Part shown: positions 33,025 through 46,122 of the stretch, piece by piece
Layout: every line of letters begins with the position of its first letter
How positions within the stretch are numbered: the stretch's first letter is position 1
NCBI RefSeq assembly: GCF_046105845.1
Contig: NZ_CP151004.1
Reading direction: 5' to 3' (one strand)
DNA from: Escherichia coli
GTDB lineage: Bacteria; Pseudomonadota; Gammaproteobacteria; Enterobacterales; Enterobacteriaceae
Length of the DNA: 64,000 nt
Position numbers and translations under genes: made by a program
Notes under the pieces: generated by a model
What the model was told of the DNA's origin: nothing
Seen by the model: the letters and a program-made list of their open reading frames with translations, nothing else
The model's database searches: none

Positions 33025-36000
33025 ACATATTCACGCTTTCTCTCGGTCTGGCCGTCATGCCGATGGTCGAGGCAGCACCAACCGCTCAGCAACAGTTGCT
33101 GGAGCAAGTTCGGTTAGGCGAAGCGACCCATCGTGAAGACCTGGTGCAACAGTCGTTGTATCGTCTGGAACTTATTGATCCGAATAACCCGGACGTCGTT
33201 GCCGCCCGTTTCCGTTCTCTGTTACGTCAGGGCGATATTGATGGCGCGCAAAAACAGCTCGATCGGCTGTCGCAGTTAGCGCCGAGTTCAAATGCGTATA
33301 AATCGTCGCGGACCACAATGTTGCTTTCCACGCCGGATGGTCGTCAGGCACTGCAACAGGCAAGATTGCAGGCGACGACTGGTCATGCAGAAGAAGCTGT
33401 GGCGAGTTACAACAAACTGTTCAACGGTGCGCCGCCGGAAGGTGACATTGCCGTCGAGTACTGGAGTACGGTGGCGAAAATTCCGGCTCGCCGTGGCGAA
33501 GCGATTAATCAGCTAAAACGCATTAATGCGGATACGCCGGGCAATACGGGCCTGCAAAACAATCTGGCGCTATTGCTGTTTAGTAGCGATCGCCGTGACG
33601 AAGGCTTTGCCGTCCTGGAGCAGATGGCGAAATCGAACGCCGGGCGCGAAGGAGCCTCTAAAATCTGGTACGGGCAGATTAAAGATATGCCCGTCAGCGA
33701 TGCCAGTGTGTCGGCGCTGAAAAAATATCTCTCGATCTTTAGTGATGGCGATAGCGTAGCTGCGGCGCAATCGCAACTGGCAGAACAGCAAAAACAGCTG
33801 GCCGACCCTGCTTTCCGCGCTCGTGCGCAAGGTTTAGCGGCGGTGGACTCTGGTATGGCGGGTAAAGCCATTCCCGAACTACAACAGGCGGTGCGGGCGA
33901 ACCCGAAAGACAGTGAGGCACTGGGGGCGCTGGGCCAGGCGTATTCTCAGAAAGGCGATCGCGCCAATGCGGTGGCGAATCTGGAAAAAGCCCTCGCCCT
34001 GGATCCGCACAGCAGCAACAACGACAAATGGAACAGTCTCCTGAAAGTAAACCGCTACTGGCTGGCGATCCAGCAGGGCGATGCTGCGCTGAAAGCCAAT
34101 AATCCTGACCGGGCAGAACGCCTGTTCCAGCAGGCGCGCAATGTCGATAACACCGACAGCTATGCAGTGCTGGGGCTGGGTGATGTGGCGATGGCGCGCA
34201 AAGATTACCCTGCAGCCGGACGTTATTATCAGCAGACGCTACGGATGGACAGTAGCAACACTAACGCCGTGCGCGGTCTGGCGAATCTTTATCGCCAGCA
34301 ATCGCCGGAAAAAGCCGAAGCGTTTATCGCCTCGCTCTCTGCCAGCCAGCGGCGCAGCATTGATGATATCGAACGCAGCCTGCAAAATGACCGTTTGTCA
34401 CAGCAGGCAGAGGCACTGGAAAAACAGGGCAAATGGGCGCAGGCAGCAGCACTTCAGCGCCAGCGACTGGCGCTGGACCCCGGCAGTGTATGGATTACTT
34501 ACCGACTTTCACAGGATCTCTGGCAGGCCGGACAACGCAGCCAGGCCGATACGTTAATGCGTAATCTGGCGCAGCAGAAGCCGAACGACCCGGAGCAGGT
34601 TTACGCTTACGGGCTGTATCTCTCTGGCCATGACCAGGACAGAGCGGCGCTGGCGCATATCAACAGCCTGCCGCGCGCGCAGTGGAACAGCAATATTCAG
34701 GAGCTGGTTAATCGACTGCAAAGCGATCAGGTACTGGAAACCGCTAATCGCCTGCGAGAAAGCGGCAAAGAAGCTGAAGCGGAAGCGATGCTGCGCCAGC
34801 AACCACCTTCCACGCGCATAGACCTCACGCTGGCTGACTGGGCGCAACAACGACGTGATTACACCGCCGCCCGCACTGCATATCAGAATGTCCTGACGCG
34901 GGAGCCAGCTAACGCCGATGCCATTCTTGGTCTGACGGAAGTGGATATTGCTGCCGGTGACAAAGCGGCGGCACGTAGCCAGCTGGCGAAGCTGCCTGCC
35001 ACCAATAACGCCTCGCTGAACACTCAGCGGCGCGTGGCGCTGGCACAGGCGCAGCTTGGCGATACCGCAGCGGCGCAGCAGACGTTTAATAAGTTGATCC
35101 CGCAGGCAAAATCTCAGCCACCGTCGATGGAAAGCGCGATGGTGCTGCGCGACGGTGCGAAGTTTGAAGCGCAGGCGGGCGATCCAACGCAGGCGCTGGA
35201 AACCTACAAAGACGCCATGGTTGCATCCGGTGTGACCACGATGCGTCCACAGGATAACGACACCTTTACCCGACTGACCCGCAATGACGAGAAAGATGAC
35301 TGGCTGAAACGCGGCGTGCGCAGCGATGCGGCGGACCTCTATCGTCAGCAGGATCTTAACGTCACCCTCGAGCACGATTACTGGGGTTCGAGCGGCACCG
35401 GTGGTTACTCCGATCTGAAAGCGCACACCACCATGTTGCAGGTGGATGCGCCGTACTCTGACGGGCGGATGTTCTTTCGCAGTGATTTCGTCAATATGAA
35501 CGTCGGCAGTTTCTCCACTAATGCCGATGGCAAATGGGATGACAACTGGGGCACCTGTACATTACAGGACTGTAGCGGCAACCGCAGCCAGTCGGATTCC
35601 GGTGCCAGCGTGGCGGTCGGTTGGCGAAATGACGTCTGGAGCTGGGATATCGGCACCACGCCGATGGGCTTCAACGTGGTGGATGTGGTCGGCGGCATCA
35701 GTTACAGCGATGATATCGGGCCGCTGGGTTACACCGTTAACGCCCATCGTCGGCCCATCTCCAGTTCTTTGCTGGCCTTTGGTGGGCAAAAAGACTCTCC
35801 GAGCAATACCGGGAAAAAATGGGGCGGCGTGCGTGCCGACGGCGTGGGGCTAAGCCTGAGCTACGATAAAGGTGAAGCAAACGGCGTCTGGGCATCGCTT
35901 AGCGGTGACCAGTTAACCGGTAAAAATGTCGAAGATAACTGGCGCGTGCGCTGGATGACGGGCTATTACTATAAGATCATCAACCAGAATAATCGCCGTG

Positions 36001-36479
36001 TGACCATTGGTCTTAACAATATGATCTGGCATTACGACAAAGACCTGAGTGGCTACTCACTCGGTCAGGGCGGTTACTACAGCCCGCAGGAATACCTGTC
36101 GTTTGCCATACCGGTGATGTGGCGGGAGCGCACGGAAAACTGGTCGTGGGAGCTGGGGGCGTCTGGCTCGTGGTCGCATTCACGCACCAAAACCATGCCG
36201 CGTTATCCGCTGATGAATCTGATCCCGACCGACTGGCAGGAAGAAGCTGCGCGGCAATCGAACGATGGCGGCAGCAGTCAGGGCTTTGGCTACACGGCGC
36301 GGGCATTACTTGAACGACGTGTTACTTCCAACTGGTTTGTCGGCACGGCAATTGATATCCAGCAGGCGAAAGATTACGCACCCAGCCATTTCCTGCTCTA
36401 CGTACGTTATTCCGCCGCCGGATGGCAGGGTGACATGGATTTACCGCCGCAGCCGCTGATACCTTACGCCGACTGGTAA
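33006..36479 (+). CDS. bcsC: Cellulose synthase outer-membrane subunit (TPR repeats plus beta-barrel), 1157 aa
   Basis: 1157-aa ORF with signal peptide, recognised as BcsC; start overlaps bcsZ 3' end by 19 nt. Confidence 0.95.
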   Translation: MRKFTLNIFTLSLGLAVMPMVEAAPTAQQQLLEQVRLGEATHREDLVQQSLYRLELIDPNNPDVVAARFRSLLRQGDIDGAQKQLDRLSQLAPSSNAYKSSRTTMLLSTPDGRQALQQARLQATTGHAEEAVASYNKLFNGAPPEGDIAVEYWSTVAKIPARRGEAINQLKRINADTPGNTGLQNNLALLLFSSDRRDEGFAVLEQMAKSNAGREGASKIWYGQIKDMPVSDASVSALKKYLSIFSDGDSVAAAQSQLAEQQKQLADPAFRARAQGLAAVDSGMAGKAIPELQQAVRANPKDSEALGALGQAYSQKGDRANAVANLEKALALDPHSSNNDKWNSLLKVNRYWLAIQQGDAALKANNPDRAERLFQQARNVDNTDSYAVLGLGDVAMARKDYPAAGRYYQQTLRMDSSNTNAVRGLANLYRQQSPEKAEAFIASLSASQRRSIDDIERSLQNDRLSQQAEALEKQGKWAQAAALQRQRLALDPGSVWITYRLSQDLWQAGQRSQADTLMRNLAQQKPNDPEQVYAYGLYLSGHDQDRAALAHINSLPRAQWNSNIQELVNRLQSDQVLETANRLRESGKEAEAEAMLRQQPPSTRIDLTLADWAQQRRDYTAARTAYQNVLTREPANADAILGLTEVDIAAGDKAAARSQLAKLPATNNASLNTQRRVALAQAQLGDTAAAQQTFNKLIPQAKSQPPSMESAMVLRDGAKFEAQAGDPTQALETYKDAMVASGVTTMRPQDNDTFTRLTRNDEKDDWLKRGVRSDAADLYRQQDLNVTLEHDYWGSSGTGGYSDLKAHTTMLQVDAPYSDGRMFFRSDFVNMNVGSFSTNADGKWDDNWGTCTLQDCSGNRSQSDSGASVAVGWRNDVWSWDIGTTPMGFNVVDVVGGISYSDDIGPLGYTVNAHRRPISSSLLAFGGQKDSPSNTGKKWGGVRADGVGLSLSYDKGEANGVWASLSGDQLTGKNVEDNWRVRWMTGYYYKIINQNNRRVTIGLNNMIWHYDKDLSGYSLGQGGYYSPQEYLSFAIPVMWRERTENWSWELGASGSWSHSRTKTMPRYPLMNLIPTDWQEEAARQSNDGGSSQGFGYTARALLERRVTSNWFVGTAIDIQQAKDYAPSHFLLYVRYSAAGWQGDMDLPPQPLIPYADW

Positions 36480-36560
36480 GTTTTCAGATAGCGCCTCTCT
36501 TAATGCCGCTGCGATCGGGTATACTCGGGCGGCAATCTGGGATTTCCGGGGGGAGACAAT

Positions 36561-38549
36561 TTGCGCGTAAGTCGCTCGTTAACAATCAAGCAGATGGCAA
36601 TGGTGGCAGCCGTTGTCCTGGTGTTCGTTTTTATTTTTTGCACCGTTTTGCTGTTCCATCTGGTCCAGCAGAATCGCTATAACACGGCTACGCAACTGGA
36701 AAGCATTGCTCGCTCTGTCCGCGAACCCTTATCTTCAGCTATTTTGAAAGGCGATATTCCCGAAGCGGAAGCTATTCTTGCCAGCATTAAACCGGCAGGC
36801 GTGGTCAGCCGTGCCGATGTAGTGCTGCCTAACCAGTTCCAGGCGCTGCGTAAAAGTTTTATTCCAGAGCGTCCGGTGCCGGTAATGGTTACTCGCATGT
36901 TTGAGCTACCGGTTCAAATCTCGCTGGGTGTCTACTCGCTCGAACGTCCGGCAAATCCGCAGCCAATTGCCTATCTGGTGCTACAGGCGGATTCCTTCCG
37001 CATGTATAAGTTCGTGATGAGCACCCTCTCAACGTTAGTGACCATTTACTTACTTTTGTCGTTAATATTGACGGTGGCGATTAGCTGGTGCATTAACCGC
37101 CTGATTTTGCATCCGTTACGCAATATTGCTCGCGAACTTAACGCCATCCCTGCCCAGGAGCTTGTTGGTCACCAACTGGCATTACCACGTCTGCATCAGG
37201 ACGATGAAATCGGTATGCTGGTGCGCAGTTACAACCTCAACCAGCAATTGCTGCAGCGCCATTATGAAGAACAGAACGAAAACGCGATGCGCTTCCCGGT
37301 GTCGGATTTGCCGAACAAAGCCTTGCTGATGGAGATGCTGGAGCAGGTTGTCGCGCGTAAACAAACCACCGCGCTGATGATCATCACCTGTGAAACCCTG
37401 CGTGATACTGCGGGCGTGCTGAAAGAGGCGCAACGAGAAATTCTGCTGCTGACGCTGGTGGAAAAACTCAAATCGGTACTGTCGCCACGTATGATCCTCG
37501 CGCAGATTAGTGGTTATGACTTTGCTGTCATTGCCAACGGGGTACAGGAACCGTGGCACGCAATCACTTTGGGTCAGCAAGTGCTCACTATCATGAGCGA
37601 GCGCCTGCCGATTGAACGTATTCAACTCCGTCCGCACTGTAGCATTGGCGTGGAGATGTTCTACGGCGATCTCACCGCCGAACAGCTTTACAGTCGCGCT
37701 ATTTCTGCGGCATTTACCGCTCGCCATAAAGGCAAGAATCAGATTCAGTTCTTTGATCCGCAGCAGATGGAAGCCGCCCAACAGCGGTTGACGGAAGAGA
37801 GCGATATCCTTAATGCACTGGAAAATCATCAGTTTGCGATTTGGTTACAGCCACAGGTCGAGATGACCAGCGGTAAACTGGTCAGTGCAGAAGTGTTACT
37901 GCGTATCCAGCAACCGGATGGCAGTTGGGATCTGCCGGATGGCTTAATCGATCGCATTGAGTGCTGTGGGCTGATGGTTACCGTCGGTCACTGGGTGCTG
38001 GAAGAGTCCTGTCGATTGCTTGCTGCCTGGCAAGAGCGCGGCATTATGCTGCCCTTGTCGGTAAACCTCTCAGCGCTGCAACTGATGCATCCAAATATGG
38101 TGGCGGATATGCTGGAACTGTTAACCCGCTATCGCATTCAGCCGGGAACACTGATTCTGGAAGTGACAGAAAGCCGACGTATTGACGACCCTCATGCTGC
38201 GGTGGCAATCCTCCGTCCGTTGCGTAATGCCGGAGTTCGGGTGGCGCTGGATGATTTCGGCATGGGCTATGCGGGGCTGCGTCAGCTGCAGCATATGAAA
38301 TCGTTGCCAATCGACGTACTGAAAATCGACAAAATGTTTGTTGAAGGTTTGCCGGAAGATAGCAGCATGATTGCTGCAATTATCATGCTGGCGCAGAGCC
38401 TGAACTTACAAATGATTGCCGAAGGCGTGGAGACTGAAGCACAACGCGACTGGCTGGCAAAAGCGGGCGTTGGTATTGCCCAGGGCTTCCTTTTTGCTCG
38501 CCCACTCCCTATTGAAATCTTCGAAGAGAGTTACCTGGAAGAAAAGTAG
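36561..38549 (+). CDS. pdeK: c-di-GMP phosphodiesterase (HAMP-GGDEF-EAL), ~650-662 aa
   Basis: ORF with N-terminal TM helix and C-terminal EAL domain, recognised as PdeK (YhjK); longest frame starts at TTG 36561, alternative ATGs 33-39 nt downstream. Confidence 0.9.
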   Translation: MRVSRSLTIKQMAMVAAVVLVFVFIFCTVLLFHLVQQNRYNTATQLESIARSVREPLSSAILKGDIPEAEAILASIKPAGVVSRADVVLPNQFQALRKSFIPERPVPVMVTRMFELPVQISLGVYSLERPANPQPIAYLVLQADSFRMYKFVMSTLSTLVTIYLLLSLILTVAISWCINRLILHPLRNIARELNAIPAQELVGHQLALPRLHQDDEIGMLVRSYNLNQQLLQRHYEEQNENAMRFPVSDLPNKALLMEMLEQVVARKQTTALMIITCETLRDTAGVLKEAQREILLLTLVEKLKSVLSPRMILAQISGYDFAVIANGVQEPWHAITLGQQVLTIMSERLPIERIQLRPHCSIGVEMFYGDLTAEQLYSRAISAAFTARHKGKNQIQFFDPQQMEAAQQRLTEESDILNALENHQFAIWLQPQVEMTSGKLVSAEVLLRIQQPDGSWDLPDGLIDRIECCGLMVTVGHWVLEESCRLLAAWQERGIMLPLSVNLSALQLMHPNMVADMLELLTRYRIQPGTLILEVTESRRIDDPHAAVAILRPLRNAGVRVALDDFGMGYAGLRQLQHMKSLPIDVLKIDKMFVEGLPEDSSMIAAIIMLAQSLNLQMIAEGVETEAQRDWLAKAGVGIAQGFLFARPLPIEIFEESYLEEK

Positions 38550-38587
38550 CTACCCCAAACTGATTACAAAACTTTAAAAAGTGCTGG

Positions 38588-38608
38588 TTTGTGCGAGCCA
38601 GCTCAAAC
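38588..38608 (+). promoter_or_regulatory. Candidate CRP site upstream of dctA
   Basis: TTTGTGCGAGCCAGCTCAAA resembles the TGTGA-N6-TCACA CRP consensus, ~130 bp upstream of the dctA ATG. Confidence 0.35.
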
Positions 38609-38695
38609 TTTTTAACCTTTTTGTTTCAATTATGATCCAGGTACATTTCTGTGATGTTGTCTGGGTGTTATTTTAAGGCCGCAGGTACCCCATAA

Positions 38696-40018
<1,323 letters not shown>

Positions 40019-40032
40019 TCTCACCACTTATG

Positions 40033-40063
40033 CCCGCACTCCCTTCCCCGAGTGCGGGTGTTT
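40033..40063 (+). terminator. Rho-independent terminator of dctA
   Basis: CCCGCACTC-loop-GAGTGCGGG hairpin followed by TGTTT. Confidence 0.7.
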
Positions 40064-40237
40064 GCGCATAATTGACCCCTGTGCCTGAACTTACCACCTG
40101 GGTGAGTTCAGGTTTATTTCACTTCTTCCGTGACATTTTCATGTTCTTGCGGTCTAACACGAAGTGTTTTTAACGTCATTTAGACTGACCGACAACGGGC
40201 AGTTTTTTATTACCAGGATAGTTGATCAGGGGTTCAC

Positions 40238-41734
40238 ATGCAGGGCACAAAAATTCGACTTTTAGCGGGCGGTTTGCTGATGATGGCCACTGCTGGCTAT
40301 GTGCAGGCAGATGCGCTCCAGCCTGATCCAGCATGGCAACAGGGGACGCTTTCCAACGGTTTACAGTGGCAAGTGCTGACCACGCCCCAGCGTCCCAGCG
40401 ATCGTGTTGAAATTCGCCTGCTGGTTAATACCGGTTCGCTCGCCGAAAGTACACAACAGAGCGGTTACAGCCACGCCATCCCTCGTATTGCGTTAACGCA
40501 AAGCGGTGGCCTTGAAGCAGCACAGGCGCGTTCATTGTGGCAGCAGGGGATCGACCCTAAACGCCCGATGCCGCCGGTAATTGTCTCTTATGACACCACG
40601 CTGTTTAATCTGAGTTTGCCCAATAACCGTAACGACTTGCTGAAAGAAGCGCTCTCTTATCTGGCAAATGCCACTGGCAAACTGACTATCACGCCAGAAA
40701 CCATCAACCACGCGCTGCAAAGTCAGGACATGGTGGCAACCTGGCCTGCCGATACTAAAGAGGGCTGGTGGCGCTATCGTCTGAAAGGATCAACCTTGTT
40801 AGGTCACGATCCTGCCGATCCGCTGAAACAACCCGTTGAAGCGGAAAAGATTAAAGATTTCTATCAGAAATGGTACACCCCGGATGCAATGACGCTGCTG
40901 GTGGTGGGAAACGTGGATGCGCGCTCGGTCGTCGACCAAATCAATAAAACGTTTGGCGAACTGAAAGGCAAACGTGAAACACCGGCTCCGGTGCCGACGC
41001 TTTCTCCGCTGCGTGCGGAAGCGGTGAGTATTATGACTGACGCGGTGCGTCAGGACCGGTTATCAATCATGTGGGATACGCCGTGGCAGCCGATTCGTGA
41101 ATCAGCCGCACTGCTGCGCTACTGGCGTGCGGACCTGGCCCGTGAGGCGCTGTTCTGGCATGTTCAGCAAGCGTTAAGCGCCAGTAACAGCAAAGATATC
41201 GGTCTTGGATTTGACTGTCGTGTGCTGTATCTGCGTGCGCAGTGTGCCATTAACATCGAATCACCAAACGACAAGCTGAGCAGCAACCTTAATCTGGTGG
41301 CGCGTGAACTGGCGAAGGTTCGCGATAAAGGTCTGCCGGAAGAAGAGTTCAATGCGTTAGTGGCGCAAAAGAAACTGGAGCTGCAGAAACTGTTTGCCGC
41401 CTATGCGCGAGCTGATACCGATATTCTGATGGGGCAGCGGATGCGTTCGTTGCAAAATCAGGTCGTCGATATCGCGCCGGAGCAATATCAGAAACTGCGT
41501 CAGGATTTCCTTAACAGCCTGACGGTGGAGATGTTAAATCAGGATCTGCGTCAGCAGTTGTCGAATGATATGGCGTTAATACTGCTGCAGCCGAAAGGCG
41601 AGCCGGAATTTAACATGAAAGCGTTGCAGGCGGCCTGGGATCAAATCATGACCCCATCTACTGCCGCTGCGACCACCTCTGTCGCCACGGATGACGTTCA
41701 TCCTGAAGTGACGGATATTCCACCCGCACAGTAA
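40238..41734 (+). CDS. yhjJ: Predicted periplasmic M16-family zinc protease-like protein, 498 aa
   Basis: 498-aa ORF with signal peptide, recognised as YhjJ. Confidence 0.9.
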   Translation: MQGTKIRLLAGGLLMMATAGYVQADALQPDPAWQQGTLSNGLQWQVLTTPQRPSDRVEIRLLVNTGSLAESTQQSGYSHAIPRIALTQSGGLEAAQARSLWQQGIDPKRPMPPVIVSYDTTLFNLSLPNNRNDLLKEALSYLANATGKLTITPETINHALQSQDMVATWPADTKEGWWRYRLKGSTLLGHDPADPLKQPVEAEKIKDFYQKWYTPDAMTLLVVGNVDARSVVDQINKTFGELKGKRETPAPVPTLSPLRAEAVSIMTDAVRQDRLSIMWDTPWQPIRESAALLRYWRADLAREALFWHVQQALSASNSKDIGLGFDCRVLYLRAQCAINIESPNDKLSSNLNLVARELAKVRDKGLPEEEFNALVAQKKLELQKLFAAYARADTDILMGQRMRSLQNQVVDIAPEQYQKLRQDFLNSLTVEMLNQDLRQQLSNDMALILLQPKGEPEFNMKALQAAWDQIMTPSTAAATTSVATDDVHPEVTDIPPAQ

Positions 41735-41829
41735 TGTCTGATGGTGATGAGTTAGCACAACCATCAGGTATTTATGGATGAGCTGGATAGAGGGGTAACA
41801 CTTTATCCAGCCTTTTGCATATGCTGCTT

Positions 41830-42759
41830 TTACGCCGGCATCGCCTCACGCGGGATAATCGCGCCGCGATACTGAATAACGGTACTTGCGGTCAGGTGCC
41901 CGCGTTTCGCCGCATTTTCCGCACTGCCGCCCGTCAAACGTACCGCCAGATAACCGGCACTGAAAGAGTCGCCAGCTGCGGTGGTATCGATCACTTTTTC
42001 TTTCGGCAGTTTCACCGCCGGAACATCCACTAACCCTTCGCCAGCAATGGACACCAGGCAAGAATCCGCCCCGCGTTTCACCACCACTTCTTTCACGCCC
42101 GCGTTATGGGTACGTGCAATGACGTCTTCCACCGGCTGTTGACCCCACAGAGCGTCTTCATCGTCCAGCGTCAGGAAGGCGATATCCGTGCATTCCAGCA
42201 TTTGCTGGTACACCTGCTGTGTCTCTTCTTTGCTGGCCCACAGGCGCGGACGATAGTTATTGTCGAAAATTACTTTTCCGCCGTTGGCGCGGCATTCGCG
42301 CAACAAAGAAAGCAGTTTCTCGCGGCTGGTCGGGCTTAAGATCGCCAGGCTAATCCCGCTCAGGTAGAGATAATCGAAATTCGCCAGCTCTTCGCAAATC
42401 GCCGCAGATTGCTCGCTCTCCAGCCAGAATTTGGCGGCGGCTTCGTTACGCCAGTAGTAGAACGTACGTTCGCCGGTGCTGTCGGTTTCAATGTAGTAAA
42501 GGCCCGGCAGACGGTTTTCCATCCGTTGGGTCAGGGAAGTATCAACGTTCTCGCCGTGCCAGGCGTCCAGCATCTGCTGGCTAAAACTGTCCGTTCCCAG
42601 CGCCGTTACGTAATGAACGGTTAATTCCGCAGGATCGACCTGACGGGCGATATAGACGGAAGTGTTCAGGGTATCGCCGCCGAAACCGCGCTTAACGTCC
42701 GCGCCTTTCTCGGAAAGCTCAATCATGCATTCGCCAATCACGGCAATCTTTTTGGACAT
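41830..42759 (-). CDS. kdgK: 2-dehydro-3-deoxygluconokinase, 309 aa
   Basis: ORF-track frame 41830..43107 trimmed to internal ATG at 42759 giving MSKKIAVIGECMIELSEKGADVKRGFGGDTLNTSVYIARQ…; PfkB-family kinase. Confidence 0.93.
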   Translation of the reverse strand: MSKKIAVIGECMIELSEKGADVKRGFGGDTLNTSVYIARQVDPAELTVHYVTALGTDSFSQQMLDAWHGENVDTSLTQRMENRLPGLYYIETDSTGERTFYYWRNEAAAKFWLESEQSAAICEELANFDYLYLSGISLAILSPTSREKLLSLLRECRANGGKVIFDNNYRPRLWASKEETQQVYQQMLECTDIAFLTLDDEDALWGQQPVEDVIARTHNAGVKEVVVKRGADSCLVSIAGEGLVDVPAVKLPKEKVIDTTAAGDSFSAGYLAVRLTGGSAENAAKRGHLTASTVIQYRGAIIPREAMPA

Positions 42760-42824
42760 AGTCGTGAACCTGATCTGTAAAAAATTAGCGTTAGTTTGCG
42801 CTGTGGTGGTTTGCTGGTCAACCA

Positions 42825-42841
42825 TATTAAAACAGTGTTCC
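42825..42841. promoter_or_regulatory. Candidate KdgR operator in the kdgK promoter
   Basis: ATTAAAACAGTGTTCCA matches 15 of 17 positions of the recalled KdgR box AATRAAAYRNYRTTTYA, ~70 bp upstream of kdgK. Confidence 0.35.
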
Positions 42842-42990
42842 ATTATTTTTTTGAGCCAGAACGTATTCCTGAAAGATTCCGTTGTGGAGTGGGGAAATTT
42901 ACCCCGGCCAGGCGGTAAAGTTCTGCCCTTGCGCGCCGATAATCTTTGTCGAGTCCGGGCAGCATCACTTTTAAACACAGGACATCTTTG

Positions 42991-43758
42991 ATGATAAGGC
43001 AGGTTATCCAGCGAATAAGCAACCCTGAAGCAAGCATCGAGAGCTTGCAGGAACGGCGTTTTTGGTTGCAGTGTGAGCGTGCTTACACCTGGCAGCCGAT
43101 CTATCAAACATGCGGACGGTTAATGGCCGTGGAGCTATTAACGGTGGTCACACATCCCTTGACCCCTTCGCAACGCCTGCCGCCGGATCGCTATTTTACT
43201 GAAATCACCGTCAGCCATCGGATGGAGGTTGTGAAAGAGCAGATTGATTTGCTGGCGCAAAAAGCCGACTTCTTTATAGAGCACGGCCTGCTGGCATCGG
43301 TCAATATTGATGGCCCTACGCTCATCGCCCTGCGTCAGCAACCAAAAATCCTGCGCCAGATTGAGCGTCTTCCCTGGCTGCGTTTCGAACTGGTGGAGCA
43401 TATCCGTCTGCCGAAAGATTCAACCTTTGCCTCGATGTGTGAATTTGGCCCGCTGTGGCTGGATGATTTTGGTACCGGGATGGCAAATTTCTCTGCACTA
43501 AGTGAAGTGCGTTATGACTACATCAAAATCGCGCGAGAACTGTTTGTGATGCTGCGTCAGTCGCCGGAAGGCCGCACGCTCTTTTCTCAGCTTTTACATC
43601 TCATGAATCGCTATTGTCGCGGGGTGATTGTCGAGGGCGTAGAAACGCCGGAAGAGTGGCGTGATGTTCAGAACTCGCCCGCATTCGCCGCACAAGGCTG
43701 GTTTCTTTCACGCCCGGCACCGATAGAAACGCTGAATACGGCGGTTTTGGCGCTATAA
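42991..43758 (+). CDS. pdeH: c-di-GMP phosphodiesterase (EAL-only), 255 aa
   Basis: ORF-track frame 42946..43758 trimmed to ATG at 42991 (MIRQVIQRISNPEASIESLQ…); recognised as PdeH (YhjH). Confidence 0.93.
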   Translation: MIRQVIQRISNPEASIESLQERRFWLQCERAYTWQPIYQTCGRLMAVELLTVVTHPLTPSQRLPPDRYFTEITVSHRMEVVKEQIDLLAQKADFFIEHGLLASVNIDGPTLIALRQQPKILRQIERLPWLRFELVEHIRLPKDSTFASMCEFGPLWLDDFGTGMANFSALSEVRYDYIKIARELFVMLRQSPEGRTLFSQLLHLMNRYCRGVIVEGVETPEEWRDVQNSPAFAAQGWFLSRPAPIETLNTAVLAL

Positions 43759-43827
43759 GCTGCCTCATTTTCCGCCTGGCTGGACTATCTTTAGGACTGG
43801 CACAGGAAGAATATGAGGAAGCGAACG

Positions 43828-45888
43828 ATGAGCAAGGCAGGCAAAATAACCGCTGCGATTTCAGGGGCTTTCTTGTTGTTGATTGTCGTGGCGATCATTT
43901 TGATTGCAACTTTTGATTGGAATCGACTCAAACCGACCATCAACCAGAAAGTCTCTGCGGAGTTGAATCGTCCGTTCGCTATCCGTGGCGATCTGGGCGT
44001 CGTGTGGGAGCGACAAAAACAAGAAACTGGCTGGCGCAGCTGGGTGCCGTGGCCCCATATACACGCGGAAGACATCATTCTCGGCAACCCACCAGATATT
44101 CCCGAAGTCACAATGGTGCATTTGCCACGCGTAGAGGCAACACTGGCCCCGCTGGCGCTGCTGACCAAAACGGTCTGGTTGCCGTGGATCAAGCTCGAAA
44201 AGCCCGACGCACGCCTGATTCGCCTCTCAGAAAAGAACAATAACTGGACCTTTAATCTCGCCAACGATGATAACAAAGACGCGACTGCAAAGCCGTCGGC
44301 ATGGTCGTTTCGGCTGGATAATATTCTGTTCGATCAAGGGCGGATCGCCATTGATGACAAAGTAAGCAAAGCGGATCTGGAAATTTTTGTCGATCCGTTA
44401 GGCAAGGCGCTGCCGTTCAGCGAAGTTACTGGATCGAAAGGTAAAGCGGATAAAGAAAAGGTGGGTGATTACGTTTTTGGCCTGAAGGCGCAGGGACGTT
44501 ATAACGGTGAACCGCTCACGGGTACGGGAAAAATAGGCGGTATGCTGGCGCTGCGTGGCGAAGGGACGCCGTTTCCGGTACAGGCTGATTTCCGCTCTGG
44601 TAACACCCGTGTTGCTTTTGATGGCGTTGTGAATGACCCAATGAAGATGGGTGGTGTCGATTTACGGCTTAAATTTTCTGGCGATTCGCTGGGTGATCTC
44701 TATGAACTGACGGGCGTTCTGCTGCCCGATACCCCGCCGTTTGAAACGGATGGTCGGCTGGTAGCGAAAATCGACACTGAAAAATCGTCGGTCTTTGATT
44801 ATCGCGGTTTTAATGGGCGCATTGGCGATAGCGATATCCACGGTTCTCTGGTCTACACCACCGGCAAGCCACGACCAAAACTAGAAGGTGATGTCGAGTC
44901 GCGGCAATTGCGGCTGGCGGACCTGGGACCGTTGATTGGCGTTGATTCCGGGAAAGGAGCTGAAAAGTCGAAACGGTCTGAACAGAAGAAGGGTGAAAAA
45001 AGCATTCAGCCTGCGGGCAAAGTGCTGCCTTATGACCGCTTCGAAACCGATAAATGGGACGTCATGGATGCCGATGTTCACTTCAAAGGGCGGCGCATTG
45101 AGCATGGCAGTAGCCTGCCGATTAGCGATCTTTCTACTCATATCATCCTCAAAAATGCTGACCTGCGCCTGCAACCGCTGAAATTTGGCATGGCGGGCGG
45201 CAGCATTGCGGCGAATATTCATCTGGAAGGTGATAAAAAACCGATGCAGGGGCGGGCAGATATTCAGGCCCGTCGGCTGAAACTGAAAGAACTGATGCCC
45301 GATGTGGAACTGATGCAGAAGACGCTGGGGGAAATGAACGGTGACGCGGAACTACGCGGTAGCGGTAACTCGGTGGCGGCGCTTCTAGGCAACAGTAACG
45401 GCAACCTGAAACTGTTGATGAATGACGGGCTGGTGAGCCGCAACCTGATGGAGATTGTCGGGCTGAATGTCGGTAACTACATTGTCGGTGCGATATTTGG
45501 TGACGATGAGGTGCGGGTGAACTGTGCGGCGGCGAATCTGGATATTGCCAACGGCGTGGCGCGTCCGCAGATTTTTGCTTTTGATACTGAGAATGCGTTG
45601 ATCAATGTTACCGGCACGGCAAGTTTTGCTTCGGAGCAACTGGATTTGACTATCGATCCAGAAAGTAAAGGGATTCGGATTATCACGCTGCGTTCGCCGC
45701 TGTATGTGCGTGGGACGTTTAAAAATCCGCAGGCTGGGGTAAAAGCCGGACCGTTGATTGCTCGCGGAGCCGTCGCGGCGGCACTGGCAACGCTGGTAAC
45801 ACCAGCGGCGGCGTTACTGGCGCTGATCTCACCTTCCGAAGGGGAGGCTAATCAGTGTCGGACGATTTTGTCGCAGATGAAGAAGTGA
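43828..45888 (+). CDS. yhjG: AsmA-family inner-membrane-anchored protein, 686 aa
   Basis: ORF-track frame 43813..45888 trimmed to ATG at 43828 (MSKAGKITAAISGAFLLLIVVAIIL…). Confidence 0.9.
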   Translation: MSKAGKITAAISGAFLLLIVVAIILIATFDWNRLKPTINQKVSAELNRPFAIRGDLGVVWERQKQETGWRSWVPWPHIHAEDIILGNPPDIPEVTMVHLPRVEATLAPLALLTKTVWLPWIKLEKPDARLIRLSEKNNNWTFNLANDDNKDATAKPSAWSFRLDNILFDQGRIAIDDKVSKADLEIFVDPLGKALPFSEVTGSKGKADKEKVGDYVFGLKAQGRYNGEPLTGTGKIGGMLALRGEGTPFPVQADFRSGNTRVAFDGVVNDPMKMGGVDLRLKFSGDSLGDLYELTGVLLPDTPPFETDGRLVAKIDTEKSSVFDYRGFNGRIGDSDIHGSLVYTTGKPRPKLEGDVESRQLRLADLGPLIGVDSGKGAEKSKRSEQKKGEKSIQPAGKVLPYDRFETDKWDVMDADVHFKGRRIEHGSSLPISDLSTHIILKNADLRLQPLKFGMAGGSIAANIHLEGDKKPMQGRADIQARRLKLKELMPDVELMQKTLGEMNGDAELRGSGNSVAALLGNSNGNLKLLMNDGLVSRNLMEIVGLNVGNYIVGAIFGDDEVRVNCAAANLDIANGVARPQIFAFDTENALINVTGTASFASEQLDLTIDPESKGIRIITLRSPLYVRGTFKNPQAGVKAGPLIARGAVAAALATLVTPAAALLALISPSEGEANQCRTILSQMKK

Positions 45889-45931
45889 TGAGGTTGGATT
45901 GTGTTTGTTGGTGAGTTCGGGAGCAGCGTGT

Positions 45932-45969
45932 TCCCCTCACCCTAACCCTCTCCCCAAAGGGGCGAGGGG
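45932..45969 (+). repeat. GC-rich palindromic intergenic repeat, copy A
   Basis: CCCCTCACCCTAACCCTCTCCCCAAAGGGGCGAGGGGA. Confidence 0.7.
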
Positions 45970-46067
45970 ACTGTTTTGTGCGTGTTGAAACAACGAGTAC
46001 CGCTTTTCCGTTCACTTTCTGGGGGGAGGGCTGTTATGTTCGCGATATAACATCTCGCTCCGCTTTT

Positions 46068-46106
46068 CTCCCTCTCCCTTTCAGGGAGAGGGCCGGGGTG
46101 AGGGTG
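46068..46106 (-). repeat. GC-rich palindromic intergenic repeat, copy B (inverted relative to A)
   Basis: TCCCTCTCCCTTTCAGGGAGAGGGCCGGGGTGAGGGTGG is the reverse complement of the copy A motif. Confidence 0.7.
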
Positions 46107-46122
46107 GCAGCCCGCACGATAC

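Noticed and set aside
34554-35426. 290-aa minus-strand ORF inside bcsC, and similar antisense ORFs inside bcsA (27540-28115, 28506-29087), pdeK (37182-37829), dctA (38630-39247), dppA/B/C (15034-15513, 16462-16917, 17470-17925), gadA (54863-55354, 55448-56038), treF (51705-52139), yhjE (46676-47044) and bcsG (22638-23114)
   Set aside because: All are shadow ORFs antisense to recognised genes, Arg/Pro/Gly-rich with low-complexity composition typical of non-coding frames
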